A stretch of DNA of 64,000 nucleotides from the human T2T-CHM13v2.0 reference genome, Homo sapiens (GCF_009914755.1 NC_060929.1), one strand, 5' to 3'. Numbered from the stretch's first letter, positions 1 through 15,229 are shown. Notes: generated by a model not told the origin, from the letters alone. Translations and numbers: made by a program.

Positions 1-484
1 AAAGCATGAGAAGCGGAAACATAAAAAGAGGAAGAAAGTTGTTGTTATATTTAACAGAGATCTACTACAGTATTCCACCTGTAAAAACTCATCATCAAAC
101 ATCAAGTGCACAAGCAAACGTTTCCCATCTCTACCTACGTCTTTCTTTCTCTTTATAGCCCAATTTTAACTTTAAAAAAAAATCTCTCTCCTTATTTTCT
201 CACCCATCACCCACATATCAATCCACTTTAATAGGATGTACCAGGTATAATAATTGTCAAATATCAAGCTCATTTATTTCAATTCCCCTTTTAAATAGAT
301 TGACTGTAGCCTAACCTTCTCTGACTCATTCATGAAGTCCATATCCATAGGTGACAAGAAGGTTGATTTTAGTACATTAACAAGACAATAAGTTTGAAAG
401 CCAGTTTTTATGGAAAGTGGAAATTTCTCAAATTTGCCTTACCACAGTCAAAGCCTAGAAGACCTAATTTATAAAGTTCACCTG

Positions 485-836
<352 letters not shown>

Positions 837-985
837 TTAATGCACCTTCACTATTTTAGGTACTTTTCAGATATTTATTTAATATTCACATTACTATGAG
901 GTTGATACCTATAATTTTCCATGTTACATCTATTAGGGAGACTCAGTGAGATAAAGTATTGTATGTCACACATGCACATATGTAA

Positions 986-1364
<379 letters not shown>

Positions 1365-1643
1365 AAGAGTGTAAACTTCTTAAAAGCAGAAGTTTATATA
1401 CTCAGTTCCAGTTGTTTAATAACTATTGAGTACATCAATGAGTAAATAAATAATATTATTGATTTGGTTTATGTCTTATATTTTACAATTTGTTTTACAA
1501 ACTTAAAAGAGTATAAGTCATATATATTTATATATCCTGCTTTTTATTATACAAGAAACATTCTTTTTTGGATAATATTCTGAAACATGAATAAACCACT
1601 TTTAATATCTAATTTCTAATAATTGGTCGTATAGACTGTTTCT

Positions 1644-1773
1644 AAATTATTATTGTAATAATTTAAAAAGTCATATACACAATTTTAAAATTGTATCTGT
1701 AACTGTTATTACAGATACAAATTATTATAATAATTAAAAAGTCACATTCACAATTTTTAAATTGTATCTGTAA
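1644..1773. repeat. Diverged ~57-bp direct duplication with a 12-bp inverted repeat at the junction
   Basis: AAATTATTATTGTAATAATTTAAAAAGTCATATACACAATTTTAAAATTGTATCTGTAA (1644-1702) vs AAATTATTATAATAATTAAAAAGTCACATTCACAATTTTTAAATTGTATCTGTAA (1719-1773). Confidence 0.85.
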
Positions 1774-1869
1774 TTCTTAAGATAATTTTATAAGAATTAA
1801 TGCTACAGTATTTTTAGAACTGTTTGCGCATATTAACAAGTTGTCATCCAGATATTATATGCCAACTAA

Positions 1870-2105
<236 letters not shown>

Positions 2106-4424
2106 TTAAATAATGTGTCTTTCACTTTTGGCAACATTGGGTACTAGAATTTTTAATAAAATGTAAATTCATTTATTCAATAAAACTTTATTTTGGTTTC
2201 ATATTTTTAAAAACAATTATTGAAAACATCATAGATGAAGACCTTTTGGAAATACAGCTGCCCTTAGAACTACTCTCCATTTTAGATTTCACAAATGATA
2301 ATTGACCAAGTGTTCCCATCCCTGGATTCAATCAAGGAAGTCTTATTGATATTGTACAGTAATTAAGCTCCTTACTGTTGCAGGAAGAAGAGAAGAAACT
2401 GTGATTATCAACCTGCGTTGGTGGTTTACTGAGAGGAGGTAATGTAAATTCATAGAAGAGATTCTACTCCCACCCGACCTGTGCTCAGCTTTTGTTATCT
2501 TCTGTCGACTATAAGCATATACTCCAATTCACCACAAGGGGCTCCTCACCTGCCACTACTCCCACACTGAGCTTCACTTTTCACTTTCTATTCCTGAAAG
2601 ACTATTGCTCACTTTCTTACTCATGCAAAACTAGGTACTTTAAAAGTCATGCTGCATCATATCCATTCACACTAACCTCCAGCCTTTCCTCAATGGCTAA
2701 CTCCCATAGCAAACCCCTCTACATCTGTTTATTCTCATGTTTCTAGTTCCCCGTTTGCACAGTGCTGAAAGTTTTCCATATTGCCTGCTGTCTTTACATA
2801 ACAGTCACTTACAGTTCTTAAACACACTATTCACTTAGCACTCCCTGTGTCCTGATTAAACTACTCATAATATCTAACATCAATTCTTGCTTATATTGGA
2901 GATTGGAGGTAGGGAGTTCAAGAACAGTGTATCTAGAATACTCAGAGAGAAGAAAAAGAAAACGTTATCCTATGTCTGGGCTAGATGCATCTGACAGATT
3001 ACCAAAGGCTTGCCCAAGTGTGGGGTGATCAGTTTTCAATTAGACAAGTAATACCTGAATATATTTTCACAATGTATACAGCATAGAAAGACACAATATT
3101 GTAGTTCTCCTTATACGGTGGGGTTGATTTTTTTAAAAAAAGCTTTAAAAAGACGTAATAGCTGTACATGAACTACAATGTACAATTTCCTTTCAGTAAA
3201 GATTTCAGACATGTGGATGCTTTTAAATGAGATGAGGTTATTATTCAAATATATGCATCTAGACCTTCAATCAATCAAGAAAAAGGGAATAAATGGCATA
3301 CTGCTCAATATCTGAAATATTTGAGAAGCAGTCAGATTTAGAGCCAGAGGGCTGGTCTTAGGGATCTTGAAGTATTTTTGAACAGAATTCTATACTTAGA
3401 ATTCTCTTCTCTGTGTTTACTTTTTTCACAGACCCAATGAACCTGGCAAGCCTATTGTAATTAGAAATTACAATTTAGAGTAGGAGTAAAACGGAATGGT
3501 TAAATGTAGACACACCTAGGCAGTAGGCAGCCCTTCTGGCACTCAGTTCTATTGTGTTTTTCTTCAGGATTTGCTAATCCAATTGCATATTTAAGAAACT
3601 CAAACATTTTTAAAACTGAAAAAACTCAAGAGGGAAATGTTTTTCTTTTATGGGGCCTTGGTATCTCCAAAAGAAAAGCAAACTTCTCTTGCTAAAGGAA
3701 AATGTTTTTGACGTATTTTAATTTTATTGTTGTTGCATGTGGGTGGGAGGATGGAAGAACCCCAACATGTTTCTTGCTGTCATAGTTTCTTTTTTTATAT
3801 ACTTTTGTTTTAAATACTGTCATTGAGTTCAAGGGCCAGGAGAGGGAGATCATAATGTGGATCTTTTTGAGGGGTTTCTTTTGTTCTTGGTTCAGTTTCT
3901 GCCAGGTTAGACTGGGGAGTATTGCTGAGGAGGCCACACAATTGAGAGTTGTAAAAGTCAAGAATCTTTGTTTTCAGTGATAATCTTATAACAAATGGGA
4001 GCCAGGTGTGCAATATTTGAATTGGCTGCTTTTCAGAGTTTTTATTTATTTTCCTTTAGGTATGCAACAGCACGGCAGACTAAAATGAAAATGCAATCTT
4101 ATAATGCCTATTTTGGGTGGTGTTTGAAATTGTTGAGTAATTACAACAAATTATAAAGAATATATGAATAAAAATTCAAGGCCTTGGAATAACACATGAA
4201 TTTTGGAATTCTCCCAAATACAATAAGTCTTTCTTTCTCAACTATTGAGATTACATGACATCATCCTTTTTGTTCATCTGAGGCCACCCATCTGGTTTCA
4301 CCTTCTTCCAACATTCATTGTAATAGATCATTGACAATATTCATGGATTACAGAGCCTCAGGGATGGAGAGAGATCTAGAAATAATCTAATCCTTTTTTC
4401 TTTTCTTTTTCATAACATAGGTTT

Positions 4425-5102
4425 ATTTTATTTTTGTTTTTAATTGACAAATAATAATTGTATATACAGTGAAATATGATGTCATGATAAACGTATACAT
4501 AGTGGAATGATTGAGTTAAACTTATTAGTGAATCCATCACCTCACATGCTATCAGTTTTTATGGTGGGAATGCTTGGAATTTACTATCTTAGCAATTTTG
4601 AAATATAAAATACATTATTATTAACTATAGTAACAATGCTGTGCAATCGATATAGGACATTTATTCCCTCTAACAAACTTTGTACCCTTTGATCAGCAGC
4701 TCTCCATCCCCCTCTGCTCTCCAGCCTCTGGTAACCACCACTCTGTTTTTATGACTTAGACTTTTTTAGCTCCAACATATAAGTGAGATCATGTGGCATT
4801 TTTCTTTCTATAGCTGGCTTATTTCCCTTTGTATAATGTTCTCCAGGTTCATCCATGTTGTCACAGATGACAGACTTTCCTTCATTTCTAAGGCTTTATA
4901 GTATTCCATTGTGTGTATATATATGTATATATATCACATTTTATTATTTTATCCCTTCATGAGTACTTATGTTGATTATTAATATTGGCATCGTAAATAC
5001 TATTGAAATGAACATGGGAATGCAGATATCTCTTTTATGTATTGGTTTCAATTCCTTTAAATATATAACCAGAAGTAGGATTGCTGGATCGTATGGCAGT
5101 TC
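4425..5102 (-). mobile_element. L1MA-type LINE-1 3' end
   Basis: TTTAATTGACAAATAATAATTGTATATAC..., ATAAGTGAGATCATG, CCAGGTTCATCCATGTTGTCACA, GGATTGCTGGATCGTATGGCAGTTC match the reverse L1M 3' UTR/ORF2 end. Confidence 0.9.
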
Positions 5103-5399
5103 CTCTTCTTTTCGATTGCTCGGTCTTGACCCAGTTCACTGGTAAAACTGAAATTAGTGTTTAGTTCTTCTATTTCTAAGCTCAGTCGGTACTTTTCTTC
5201 TTATAACACTTTTGCCTCCAGTTCACAATATAATGAGAAATAGGTGATGGGAAAATTGTTTTTAAATAAGCACAGCTGAATCCATACTTACATCAAATCC
5301 CAACAGTTCCCGTTTCTCAAAATATCAGAACTTGTAGAAAACTTGTCTGTCTGACAAGCAACTATTTCCCCATCTTTTCATGTCTGTACCTTGATTTAT

Positions 5400-5740
5400 C
5401 TTAAATAAAATCCCTACCCACGCATTTCACTTAGGGCTGATCACATTCACAATTTCGTTAGAGTCAGGCCAGTCCAATAAAAATGTCATATCACCTGAGC
5501 CACCATGATTATGCCATGCCACCACCGCTGGAACAAACCAATCTGAAATAACTGCAGGACTTTTGCAGATGCATCCCTAATGCAGGAGATCTCTTAGTGT
5601 TGTGGCTGTGAACAGGACAGATTATAGATGCATTACTGCTGGAAACCATCATGTGAAAAAGAGGAAAAGCACCTGATAATGTGAGCTATCCTATGAAAGA
5701 CAGAATTCATGAAAATATACAGAAAGAAATAAGAGAGGAG
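5400..5740. mobile_element. Probable old MLT1 (ERVL-MaLR) LTR fragment
   Basis: Degenerate similarity to MLT1K/L-type LTR motifs (CAGGCCAGTCCAAT..., TGCTGGAAACCATCATG); by eye only. Confidence 0.4.
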
Positions 5741-6121
5741 CACTGTCTTTCAAGAGGTGCCAAATTTTAAGAGTTCTAAGAAATATTAGTGCTGCATAGT
5801 TCTTAATTAGTTGCATATTTTTGGACTCCATTGCAATAATCAGATTCTACATTATTTACATATTAGATCAATACTCTAAACATTATCATTTTAAAAATAA
5901 GGTAGTAAATAAAGATATATATGTCTTTGGATTCAGCTTCCTTGATCTTTTTATCTATCCACATTGCATTTTAAGCTGAACATATAATTAAGAATTCTTC
6001 TGAATAAGAATTATTCTAAGATGCCACAGAATGGGGTACTTAAGAACTCAAATAATTTCATGAGAAATGAGAATTTTAAAATGTTTGGTCAATTTTAATA
6101 TTCCAGCTTTGGATTATGCTT

Positions 6122-6142
6122 TGATGATGATGATGATGATGA
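6122..6142. repeat. (GAT)n microsatellite
   Basis: TGATGATGATGATGATGATGA. Confidence 0.9.
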
Positions 6143-7189
6143 GTAGGAACCCAATTTATGGTTAATCCTGTCTTATTACGAATATATGTATTCACTGGGA
6201 CAAAAACTATTCATATATTTATGGAGAAAAATAATTTTGAGTTATGTTGAAATGTAGCCTTAAACACATCCAAGTAATTTTTTTGTCCTGTTCTTTTTTA
6301 TCAAATATCCATTCTTCATATGTTTGAACTACCTTCGCTTTTTGTTTTCCTGTTATTGACACAGTATGGACTAAGAGTATAAAGGAGATAATTTAAGGGC
6401 AACTTCACACCTGAAAAGTTGAAATCATTGGTTTCTCCTTACAGAAGACTCCCTGGGGAAGATAATACAGGGAATCATGGGCAATTTACTACTAGTTGTG
6501 ATATGTATCTGTCTGATGTAAAAAATCAATGGTTTCCCTCTTTTTAATAAAATGGCCTCCCTGGGGACCAGAGAGTAGAAGGTCGTAACAGCTTCTTAGT
6601 TTGCATGCCCGACTATTTGTTCTCCAATAGCAAACAGTTCTTCAAGTAATGACACTTTGGTCTCTGGTGCAGAGCACCTGCAGCTCTTGTGCTCTGCAAC
6701 ATCTACCACTGTGCTGCGATTATATAGAGGACCTTATTTGGAAGAGAAATGAAGGATTTTTAAAGAGGAATTTGTAGCCCATTTACCTGCTGCTCTCCCA
6801 CTCAAACTTTATGTGCTTGCTACCCCTCCAACCCCCCACCACACTCCTATTTTAGAAAGGAAAAATCTTTGTCACATTTGTGTAAAAAACACTTAGAGCC
6901 CTGATTTTTCTTCTTATTAATCTATTTGTTTCTTACCAAGAATTTATGAAACATAGAAACATGGCAATGTGTTAGTAACCCATATAACATACTGGGTGAA
7001 AATACTATTTCTTAGTGTCCAAATCTGGTTTTGGACAAGTAAACCTTATATGTGATGGTGATGATATGTTTGATTGTTTGTGTGTTTGGAGAGAGGAAAT
7101 GTGAAAGAGACACATATCTCAAGATATATTAAATAAAAATGAAATGACTTCAACATGAATTGGTAGGGGACACAATTCAGCCCCATAAT

Positions 7190-8323
7190 ACACAACTAGC
7201 ATCCAGACCTCGGTTTCTCTTACTATTCTCCAATAAAAGGAATCAAGGCTCCTTGGAGAATGACTGATTCTAGGTCTAGGGCCAGGAATGCACAGGGTGA
7301 AGCTGGAGTATATTGTAGTACAGAAAATAAGAAAATGTTCACAATAAAAACAAAATCAAAGCCCAAAACGATAGGGTCTAAGTTAAATGGACACAGGAGC
7401 CAACTGAAATAGTTCTCTATTGCCAAAGCTAGAAGAGTTTGAGCAACAAAATAAATAAGGAAATACTGGATTGTATCCCAAATAATAAAATAAATATACC
7501 TGATTTTGTAATTATATAAAATATTATAAATGAATGACAGAATGATTTATTTAAATAAATGAGAAACAATAGCTAAATCTCCTATGCAAAATAACTCTGA
7601 ATAATTTATACAGTTTCTTTACTTTCAAGTAAGTGGAATGTTGCTCCCTGCTCTTTATGTGTGGGCTGTAGAAAATGACTTCATTCCAAGGAGCAGAGTA
7701 GGGAAAGTGGGAAAAAGTAATTTGACAGCGGAGCAGCCCCTCAGCCAGGTGATTTCCATTAACTTCAGTGGTGATAAGTCATGTTGATAGTATGTGTCCT
7801 TGATATGATGTGATGAGAACAGCACTTTATTTCTGGGGTATTTCGTCCCAAATCACAAAACTCTAGTATAATCATGAGAAAAGAGAATCTGACAAATCTC
7901 AATTGAGAGACATTCCGCAAAATAGCTTACCAATATTCTTCCAAATTTCAAGGTCATCAGAAGAAAGGAAAGTTTGAGAAACTGTCACAGCCTAAAGAAT
8001 ATGGGTACTACATTTAATAGGGATTACTAAATGTAATAAGGTATCCTTCAGAATACCTTATTGCTAAATGTCATAGGGCATCCTGGAGGGATCTTGGAAC
8101 AGAAAAGGACTTTAGGTAACAACTAAGGAAATCTGAATAAATATAGATTTTATATAGTACTGAAGTATCAATATGAGAGCCATAATTGTGAGAAATGTAT
8201 CATACTATTATAAAACATTAATAATAGAGGAAACTGGGTATGGGTATATGGGAACTCTCTGTACTATCTTTATAACTTTCTTGTAAATCAAACACCAATC
8301 TAAAATTTAAAAGTTTTAAAAAA
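7190..8323 (+). mobile_element. L1MC/L1MD-type LINE-1 3' UTR
   Basis: ACTAGCATCCAGACCTCGGTTTCT, GGTGATAAGTCATGTTGATAGTATG, GGAAACTGGGTATGGGTATATGGGAACTCTCTGTACTATCTT, ending in an A-rich tail. Confidence 0.85.
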
Positions 8324-8840
8324 TTAACTTTAGTTTTATGCAGAATGAATGATAAACTCAGAATCTTTGAAGGCTTTCTATCCAAACCACCTATAAAACT
8401 TACGTTCTTTCCCCCCGGCCTTCTCCGTTAGTCTGGATAGAACCTTGAGTAACCTGCTTCTTGACTAGGTCACTCTCACCCCTATTATTTTGTTCATTTC
8501 ATTCATATCTCCAAAAATGTCCTTGCTTTTCCTTTTTGACTATCTGGCCCTTCTTCGAAGAACTCTTGAAATCCTACTTCTAGGGGTCTTTCTGTATTTA
8601 TTTTGTATTTCCCTATTCAAGATTAAATGAAGGAATTTTAATCTTTACCCCCAAATTCAGCATGGTCATATTCAAGATCATGCATTGTTCATTATGTGTT
8701 TTGTGCATGTATGTTTCAACATTCTCCATAGCAAGTAAATCAAACTATTTATTCTAGATAAATAAGTAATATTTTATTAATTTTATAATGTGAACAGGCA
8801 GATAAACATTTTCCACTATGAAAATAAATTTTCCACTATG

Positions 8841-8990
8841 CTATTCTGTTGGAAAATAAACACATATTTTAGTAATAAATATTTTTTAATATTATAATAT
8901 CAAAGCAGAAAAAAGCTATTCTGTTGGAAAACAAATGCAGATATTAGTGATAAATATTTTTAAATGTTATAATATCAAAGCAGAAAAAAG
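8841..8990. repeat. Tandem duplication, 2 x 75 bp
   Basis: CTATTCTGTTGGAAAA...TTATAATATCAAAGCAGAAAAAAG at 8841-8915 and 8916-8990. Confidence 0.92.
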
Positions 8991-9342
8991 GGGAGGAAAA
9001 TTGAAAAAAAGAATGAGAAAATGTAGGAAAAAAAATAATCAGCCTGACTAGGGAGGCCAAAGAGAGATGATAGCAAATTTTAAGGAAAAATTAGTCGTAT
9101 ATTTGTTCTTTTATAAAAGAGTAACAATTAGTAATATATATAATAAGTAGAAGAATATATTTGCTTCCCCCCCCTTTTTTTTTTTTACTAAATATATGTG
9201 TCCTCTGTATGTTTTAATGGAGATTCAGCATACAGTGAAGTGTTATATTCTTAAAACAAGAGAGTTTTTCTGCATTGCCTTATACTAAAATGAGTAGGAA
9301 ATACTTTAGGAAGAGACTTTTTAAAAGAATCAAGCTTGGGTC

Positions 9343-9860
9343 ATGTGGCAAGAGGCACATTATTTCACAATATCTGTTCTGAACTTCTTCCATGTTTAAT
9401 GTATAAGACAGCAGGGCACATGAACACTCAAATTACATTTTCAAGTTCATTCAAAACATCTTTGTGCGACCATGTAATTACGTTCTGACCAATGAGATGT
9501 AAGTTAAAGATTTGATGGCAACTTGCAAGAATCTTTCTTAAAAAAAGACAGCTAGCACATGTTTTTTGTCACCTTTTGTTATTCTTTTAACTTTTAATTA
9601 CTCAAATATTGTTTGAAGGACTTTTTCTCATCAGAAATCATGTACAATTTTTTTAGCGTTGCCTACAATCCGAATTTTGAGCAGCTATTTCAGATCTATA
9701 AATATAAGTTAAATTGATTTTGATCAAAAATTGGACAGTTTGAAAGAAGACAGCTAGCTACCAATTGATTTGATTGAAACTCAATCCATATACTCACAAA
9801 AATAGCAATCTTTTAACTTTAGAAATTCTGTCTTAGTTGCAATGAAAAACTTGTAACTAA
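9343..9860. mobile_element. Probable old MLT1 (I/J-like) LTR
   Basis: TGTGGCAAGAGGCAC start, ACATTTTCAAG...GACCATGTAATTACGTTCTGACCAATGAGATGTAAG motif typical of MLT1 LTRs. Confidence 0.5.
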
Positions 9861-12789
9861 GATAATAATGTGTCCTGTGATCTAGCTAGAGAATATAGCA
9901 TACAAACTAATAAAAGTACAACAGCAACTTTAATGTTTTATTTAATGTATATGTGTGTCTGTGTGTGTATATATATATATAATTAAATTAAATCTATTAT
10001 AGACACACAGTTTAAAAGAATTAGCTAATATCTGGTAGCCTATCAACACCTAGAACTAAATAAGGTCTGTTTTTTAAAGGAAGTGAGGGGAATATAATAT
10101 TTTAGGTAGTTTTCCCAATTTTTAAAACAATCATATGCATTATTATCTCTACTGATTTTAACAAAAGAGAGAGAGAGACTGAGGATGTCAGGAAGTTTAG
10201 AAAGACTCCTCTAATATCAAGCAGCTTGTAAATGATGGAGGCTGGATTTGGACAGAGTTGTGTCTCTTCATGTTCTTACATCATGTTAGCCGACTCCTAA
10301 TGAAGGTTTTTTGCTCTTGCTGGTGTGTTGTTATTGTTTGAATCTATGTGCATAACTGAAGAAAAGGGTTTTTTTAGAGAAACGAAAAAAAAAAACAGGA
10401 GAAGGCCACAGTTGCTCATATTCAGCATATAGATCAAATAAAGCATGGGAAAGTTCGCGCTTACTTCAAGAAGGCATATTGTTATCTCCTTGTTATTTTT
10501 ATGTTAATTGAATAATATTCTCTGGCATATGGAAATAATAGCATTTCCATTCTAGTCATATTCAGCTTCCCAGTTATTCTCAACTGAAGTCAGTTTCTTT
10601 TTAGGAATGCATTAGATTTCTTTTTATTGTCTGAAACACAGAGAAATGAATATGAAGAAAGTTGTTAAGTCTGATTATGAATATCTGGAAATTAGATCCA
10701 TATAGTTAGGGAAGGAAAGGGAATGCAAGGTCATGATTTAGCTAAGTTTGTGGTTCTTATTTTTGTGAGGATTCTCAAACTAAGTTCTTGAATAAATTTA
10801 GCGATATGTGTTTCATAGACAGCAAGAATTTCAAACTTTTAGATGCTACTTTACTTCTTGACAAATTGTTGGTATCTTAAGGCATTTCAAACACCAAATA
10901 AAAGAAGTTCCTTTTTCTTTAGCACATTCATAGACAACAATATTTGGAGAAATTAAGTAAAAGGAATCAGAAACACATAGAATACATTCTTTTAAAATAT
11001 ACAGGAGTTTAAACGTTATTGAGAAAGTATCTAGCAAAATGGGTCATTCTAAACCAAAACACTTAAAAATGGATTAATACATTTCAGAAACTCTAGGAGA
11101 AAAAAACAGAAACTGCTTTGTAATTAAAACTAAATAAAACATAAGTTCATTAAAATAATTTGAATTTTGTTCTGTTTTAGAAGGCTCTCTGGTTTGGCTC
11201 AAGTAACTATTTTATGTAAGTTAATAATGTAAGTTATTATTACACAAATAAGACATTTTCCTATTTTATATACACAGAAAGGAGCGATACATGATGTTCT
11301 CCTGCCATATTATCTTTCTCTTGTTATCTACCCTCTTGCAATAGGTGAAAGAAAGAAACAGAATACGTCTGGACCACACAGTTTGATGAGAGATCTTTGC
11401 TATTGGAGGCCAAGGACTGTATCAGTGTCCTTGTACAATACAGGGTACTTGGTAGGCACTTAACTCATGTCTGGTAAACTTTTTTTAAATTGATATCACT
11501 GAAGGAGTCATAAATAAGGAATTTTAAATAGGCTGAAGGAAGGAAGTTAGTCCCAGTAAAGTTAGATGATTTATCAATGATCACATGAAACCGGGATGTG
11601 AAGCCATGTTGTAATCCCGTAACTTCCATCTCTATCCATTTCAGCCTCTACAGAAAGCTCTTCTACAACTATGGCTTTAATTCCAAAGTGGTAAATACAC
11701 AACCCAAGGAGAGTAAAAACTGAAGAGGGATGGAAATATGAAAGTTAAAAGGGTAGGGTACAAAAGTGCCTGAGCCTCTATCCATTCACTGGCAATGAGG
11801 ATGCAAAAGCACGGAAAAAGGGGGAAAAAGGGGTGGGTGGGTTGGGAGGGTGAGGTGAAGAAGATACTCAAATGCTCAGAATTCTGAGGAAGCCACACTA
11901 TCTCACTCACTAGATGAGTCATCTCAGTTGTTTTCAAAACATCACTAGAATTTTCCAAAAATAGATTTGCCTTTGAGTTTTATGATACTTTCAAACCAGA
12001 TCATTTCACTGTTGCTTTTTATTATGGATGATCTCACATAGCAAATCAACTCCAAAATTTGGGGTGAGATATGCTTTAGATTTTGTCTATGCCCAATCTT
12101 TTCTTATATGAATATCTTTAAAACATACATAAATTACAATTGAGCCGTTCTTAAGGCACAATATAAAGAAAGTGTCATTTTATCTCTAGCAACAAATTAG
12201 TATAATCAGAAATATAAAATTTGTTTAAATTATTAAATATGATAGTATTTTAATTTCAATACAATAATATAGTAAATATTAATTTGATAATTTTTTCATA
12301 AAGCTTGTCAATATTTTTCACCATTTTATGCTACTGAAATCTGTTCAAGGAAATGAAAATATGTCATGAACTATCTGTTTATTAGAAATTCTGATACTGT
12401 TTAATACAATTTTACTCATGACAAAATTTATCAATGCATAAATTTTATCTACGAATAATTATATTTTCAACTTATCTTTGATTTTTTTTTCTCCTCAAAT
12501 CATAGATCTGGGGGTAAAAATCCACCTAGGCAATAGTGGAGTTCACACCTTGATTTGTACCAAAGAAACTGAGACTTTATGGAGGATTTTTTGTTTTGTT
12601 TTGTTTTTTGTCCACATTCATAGAGCTAGCTAGTAGCCAACTAGGACTCTTCTGATCCCAGAGATTAACATGAAGGAAAAACCAACTTATAAGATTGCAA
12701 TGTTGACAGTTGCTACCAATAGAGGTGGCACTTATGTCTGTTGGAAGACTACTAATATGGGCAATAGAGATCTCCAAGATAAGAGATAG

Positions 12790-13405
<616 letters not shown>

Positions 13406-14126
13406 GTTTGCTGAATGAAATGGAGTTTAAGTCTATAAATTAGTGTAAGAATTCTAGAAAGATTATGTGTAAAAAATTATAGGCTGTAAATAAAAGATAA
13501 GATCTGTAAGAGGAGTCTGTGGAAGCAACATCACCAGGTTATGGCAGCAAAGCAGGGTTAAGGAAAAACACAAAATAATTCTACAAGATTGAGATATGTG
13601 AGGGGTCTAGTGAGTGACTGAGATCAGAACAGATGAGGAGGAAATTAGACAACTTAAATCACAACCAAGGAATTTAGTCACAGGATTAAGGCCAAAACCA
13701 GTCCTCCAGGTGATGGAATCCTTGGCTAAAACCCATACTACAAAGCAGATGTTTCTCTTGAAAGCAGAATCCGTAAATGAAATAGATTAACACCTCCAGA
13801 AAACAAGAGTCAGTCGCATGAACTGGAAATGTTGTGTAATATAAGGATTTTCTAAGAAGCTAATCTTTATGAATGCATTTTTAGTCTCCCATCATAGCCA
13901 GCCCTACCACCTGAAAGCCAGAATCTGGGGACTAGTGAGATAAGGAAGGAAAAAAGAGATTCTAAATGCTTTCAAATGTATCTTAATATTGTATGGCCAC
14001 CAACTCCTTTGAGATTTTGATTTTGTGAAAAATAACATATTCACAGTAATACATAATCTTACACTGAAAGTTCGGGGACTGTGGATCCTTCTCTGGCCAT
14101 CCAAGTACTTCTATTCCTCTAGATAG

Positions 14127-14193
14127 AACTTTTGGAAAGAAACTGTAAGATAGCTGTAAGAAACTGTAAGAAACTTTTGGAAAGAAACTGTAA
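14127..14193. repeat. 22-bp perfect direct repeat with nested CTGTAAG reiterations
   Basis: AACTTTTGGAAAGAAACTGTAA at 14127-14148 and 14172-14193. Confidence 0.9.
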
Positions 14194-14849
14194 ATATGGA
14201 AAAATTAAAGGTCACCTCTGCTACAGTTAAGTAGATTCACTCAGTTGTCCCATTCTATTGGTGACTTTTAATAAGTTTTGCTTATTCTTCATTCGTTTAA
14301 TTTCCCAGAGGTGTCCTTTAAGCTGACGGGTTTACAGGCATGCACAAAAGTATAGACCTCAGTTACTAAATTTTTCTCATATTAAATTAAAGACAATTCA
14401 TATCTAAAATATAGAAAATACAGGTATGCAAATAATTAAACAAGAAAAAATGTATTTTTTTTATTTTAAAGCCTAATATATACTCTTTATTTTAAAAAAA
14501 CTTAAAAAATAAAATGTCATTAGCTTTCCATTTGCTTTAAGAATAAAGTAGGTTTCTGGTTACAGCAATTTTTTTTAAATATCTGATCTTTTGTATTTAT
14601 TAAAAGATTTTTTAGTTATGTTAAAAAATCCATAAAACACTAAGCCTACTTTGTGCATGATTTTTTTTATAATATAGAATTCACTGAGCCACCTAGTGAA
14701 TAATTTTATATAACTGCTGATCATATTATATACAGATTACCTACTATATTGTCTCTGCTTCCATACTGTTTATTCCTGAAGGAAAGGTCTATGCTTCATT
14801 AACTATTTTATCAAAAGAAGTAGCACAACATCTATGGAGCTTAATGCAT

Positions 14850-15125
14850 GTAACATCACAGAAATACAAGGTGTCACGTGTGTGAAGGGATGTTGCATGA
14901 AGGAGAGGAGGCAGATGTGTCAAAAAAGATACATTAGAGCTCCAAATGCCTTCATTGGTGCATTTGGATTTTTTGTGAGGCAATGGGAAGCTGCAAAAAG
15001 TTGTTTAAGTAGATATGCAAACAAAGTTTGTGTTTTAGAAAGAAAATCTTAATTGTATAAGAGATGAAAAACAAAGAATAGAAATAAGAAACTTGATAAG
15101 AGTCTATTAAAACAGTCTAGAGCCA
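14850..15125 (-). mobile_element. L2 fragment
   Basis: GGCAATGGGAAGCTGCAAAAAGTTGTTTAAGTAG...TTTGTGTTTTAGAAAGA resembles reverse L2. Confidence 0.55.
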
Positions 15126-15229
15126 ACTATATGAAAACAAACTAGAAGAGTCTGAATAAAGAATGCCTGCACCAAGGCAATGAAACTGGGAAAGAGTAAG
15201 AAGAAACAATTTCCAGGAAAACAAAAAAT

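Noticed and set aside
3692-4013. Two overlapping minus-strand ORFs (89 and 67 aa), considered as a pseudogene or NUMT fragment
   Set aside because: No recognisable protein or mitochondrial gene similarity and no clear TSD or splice support
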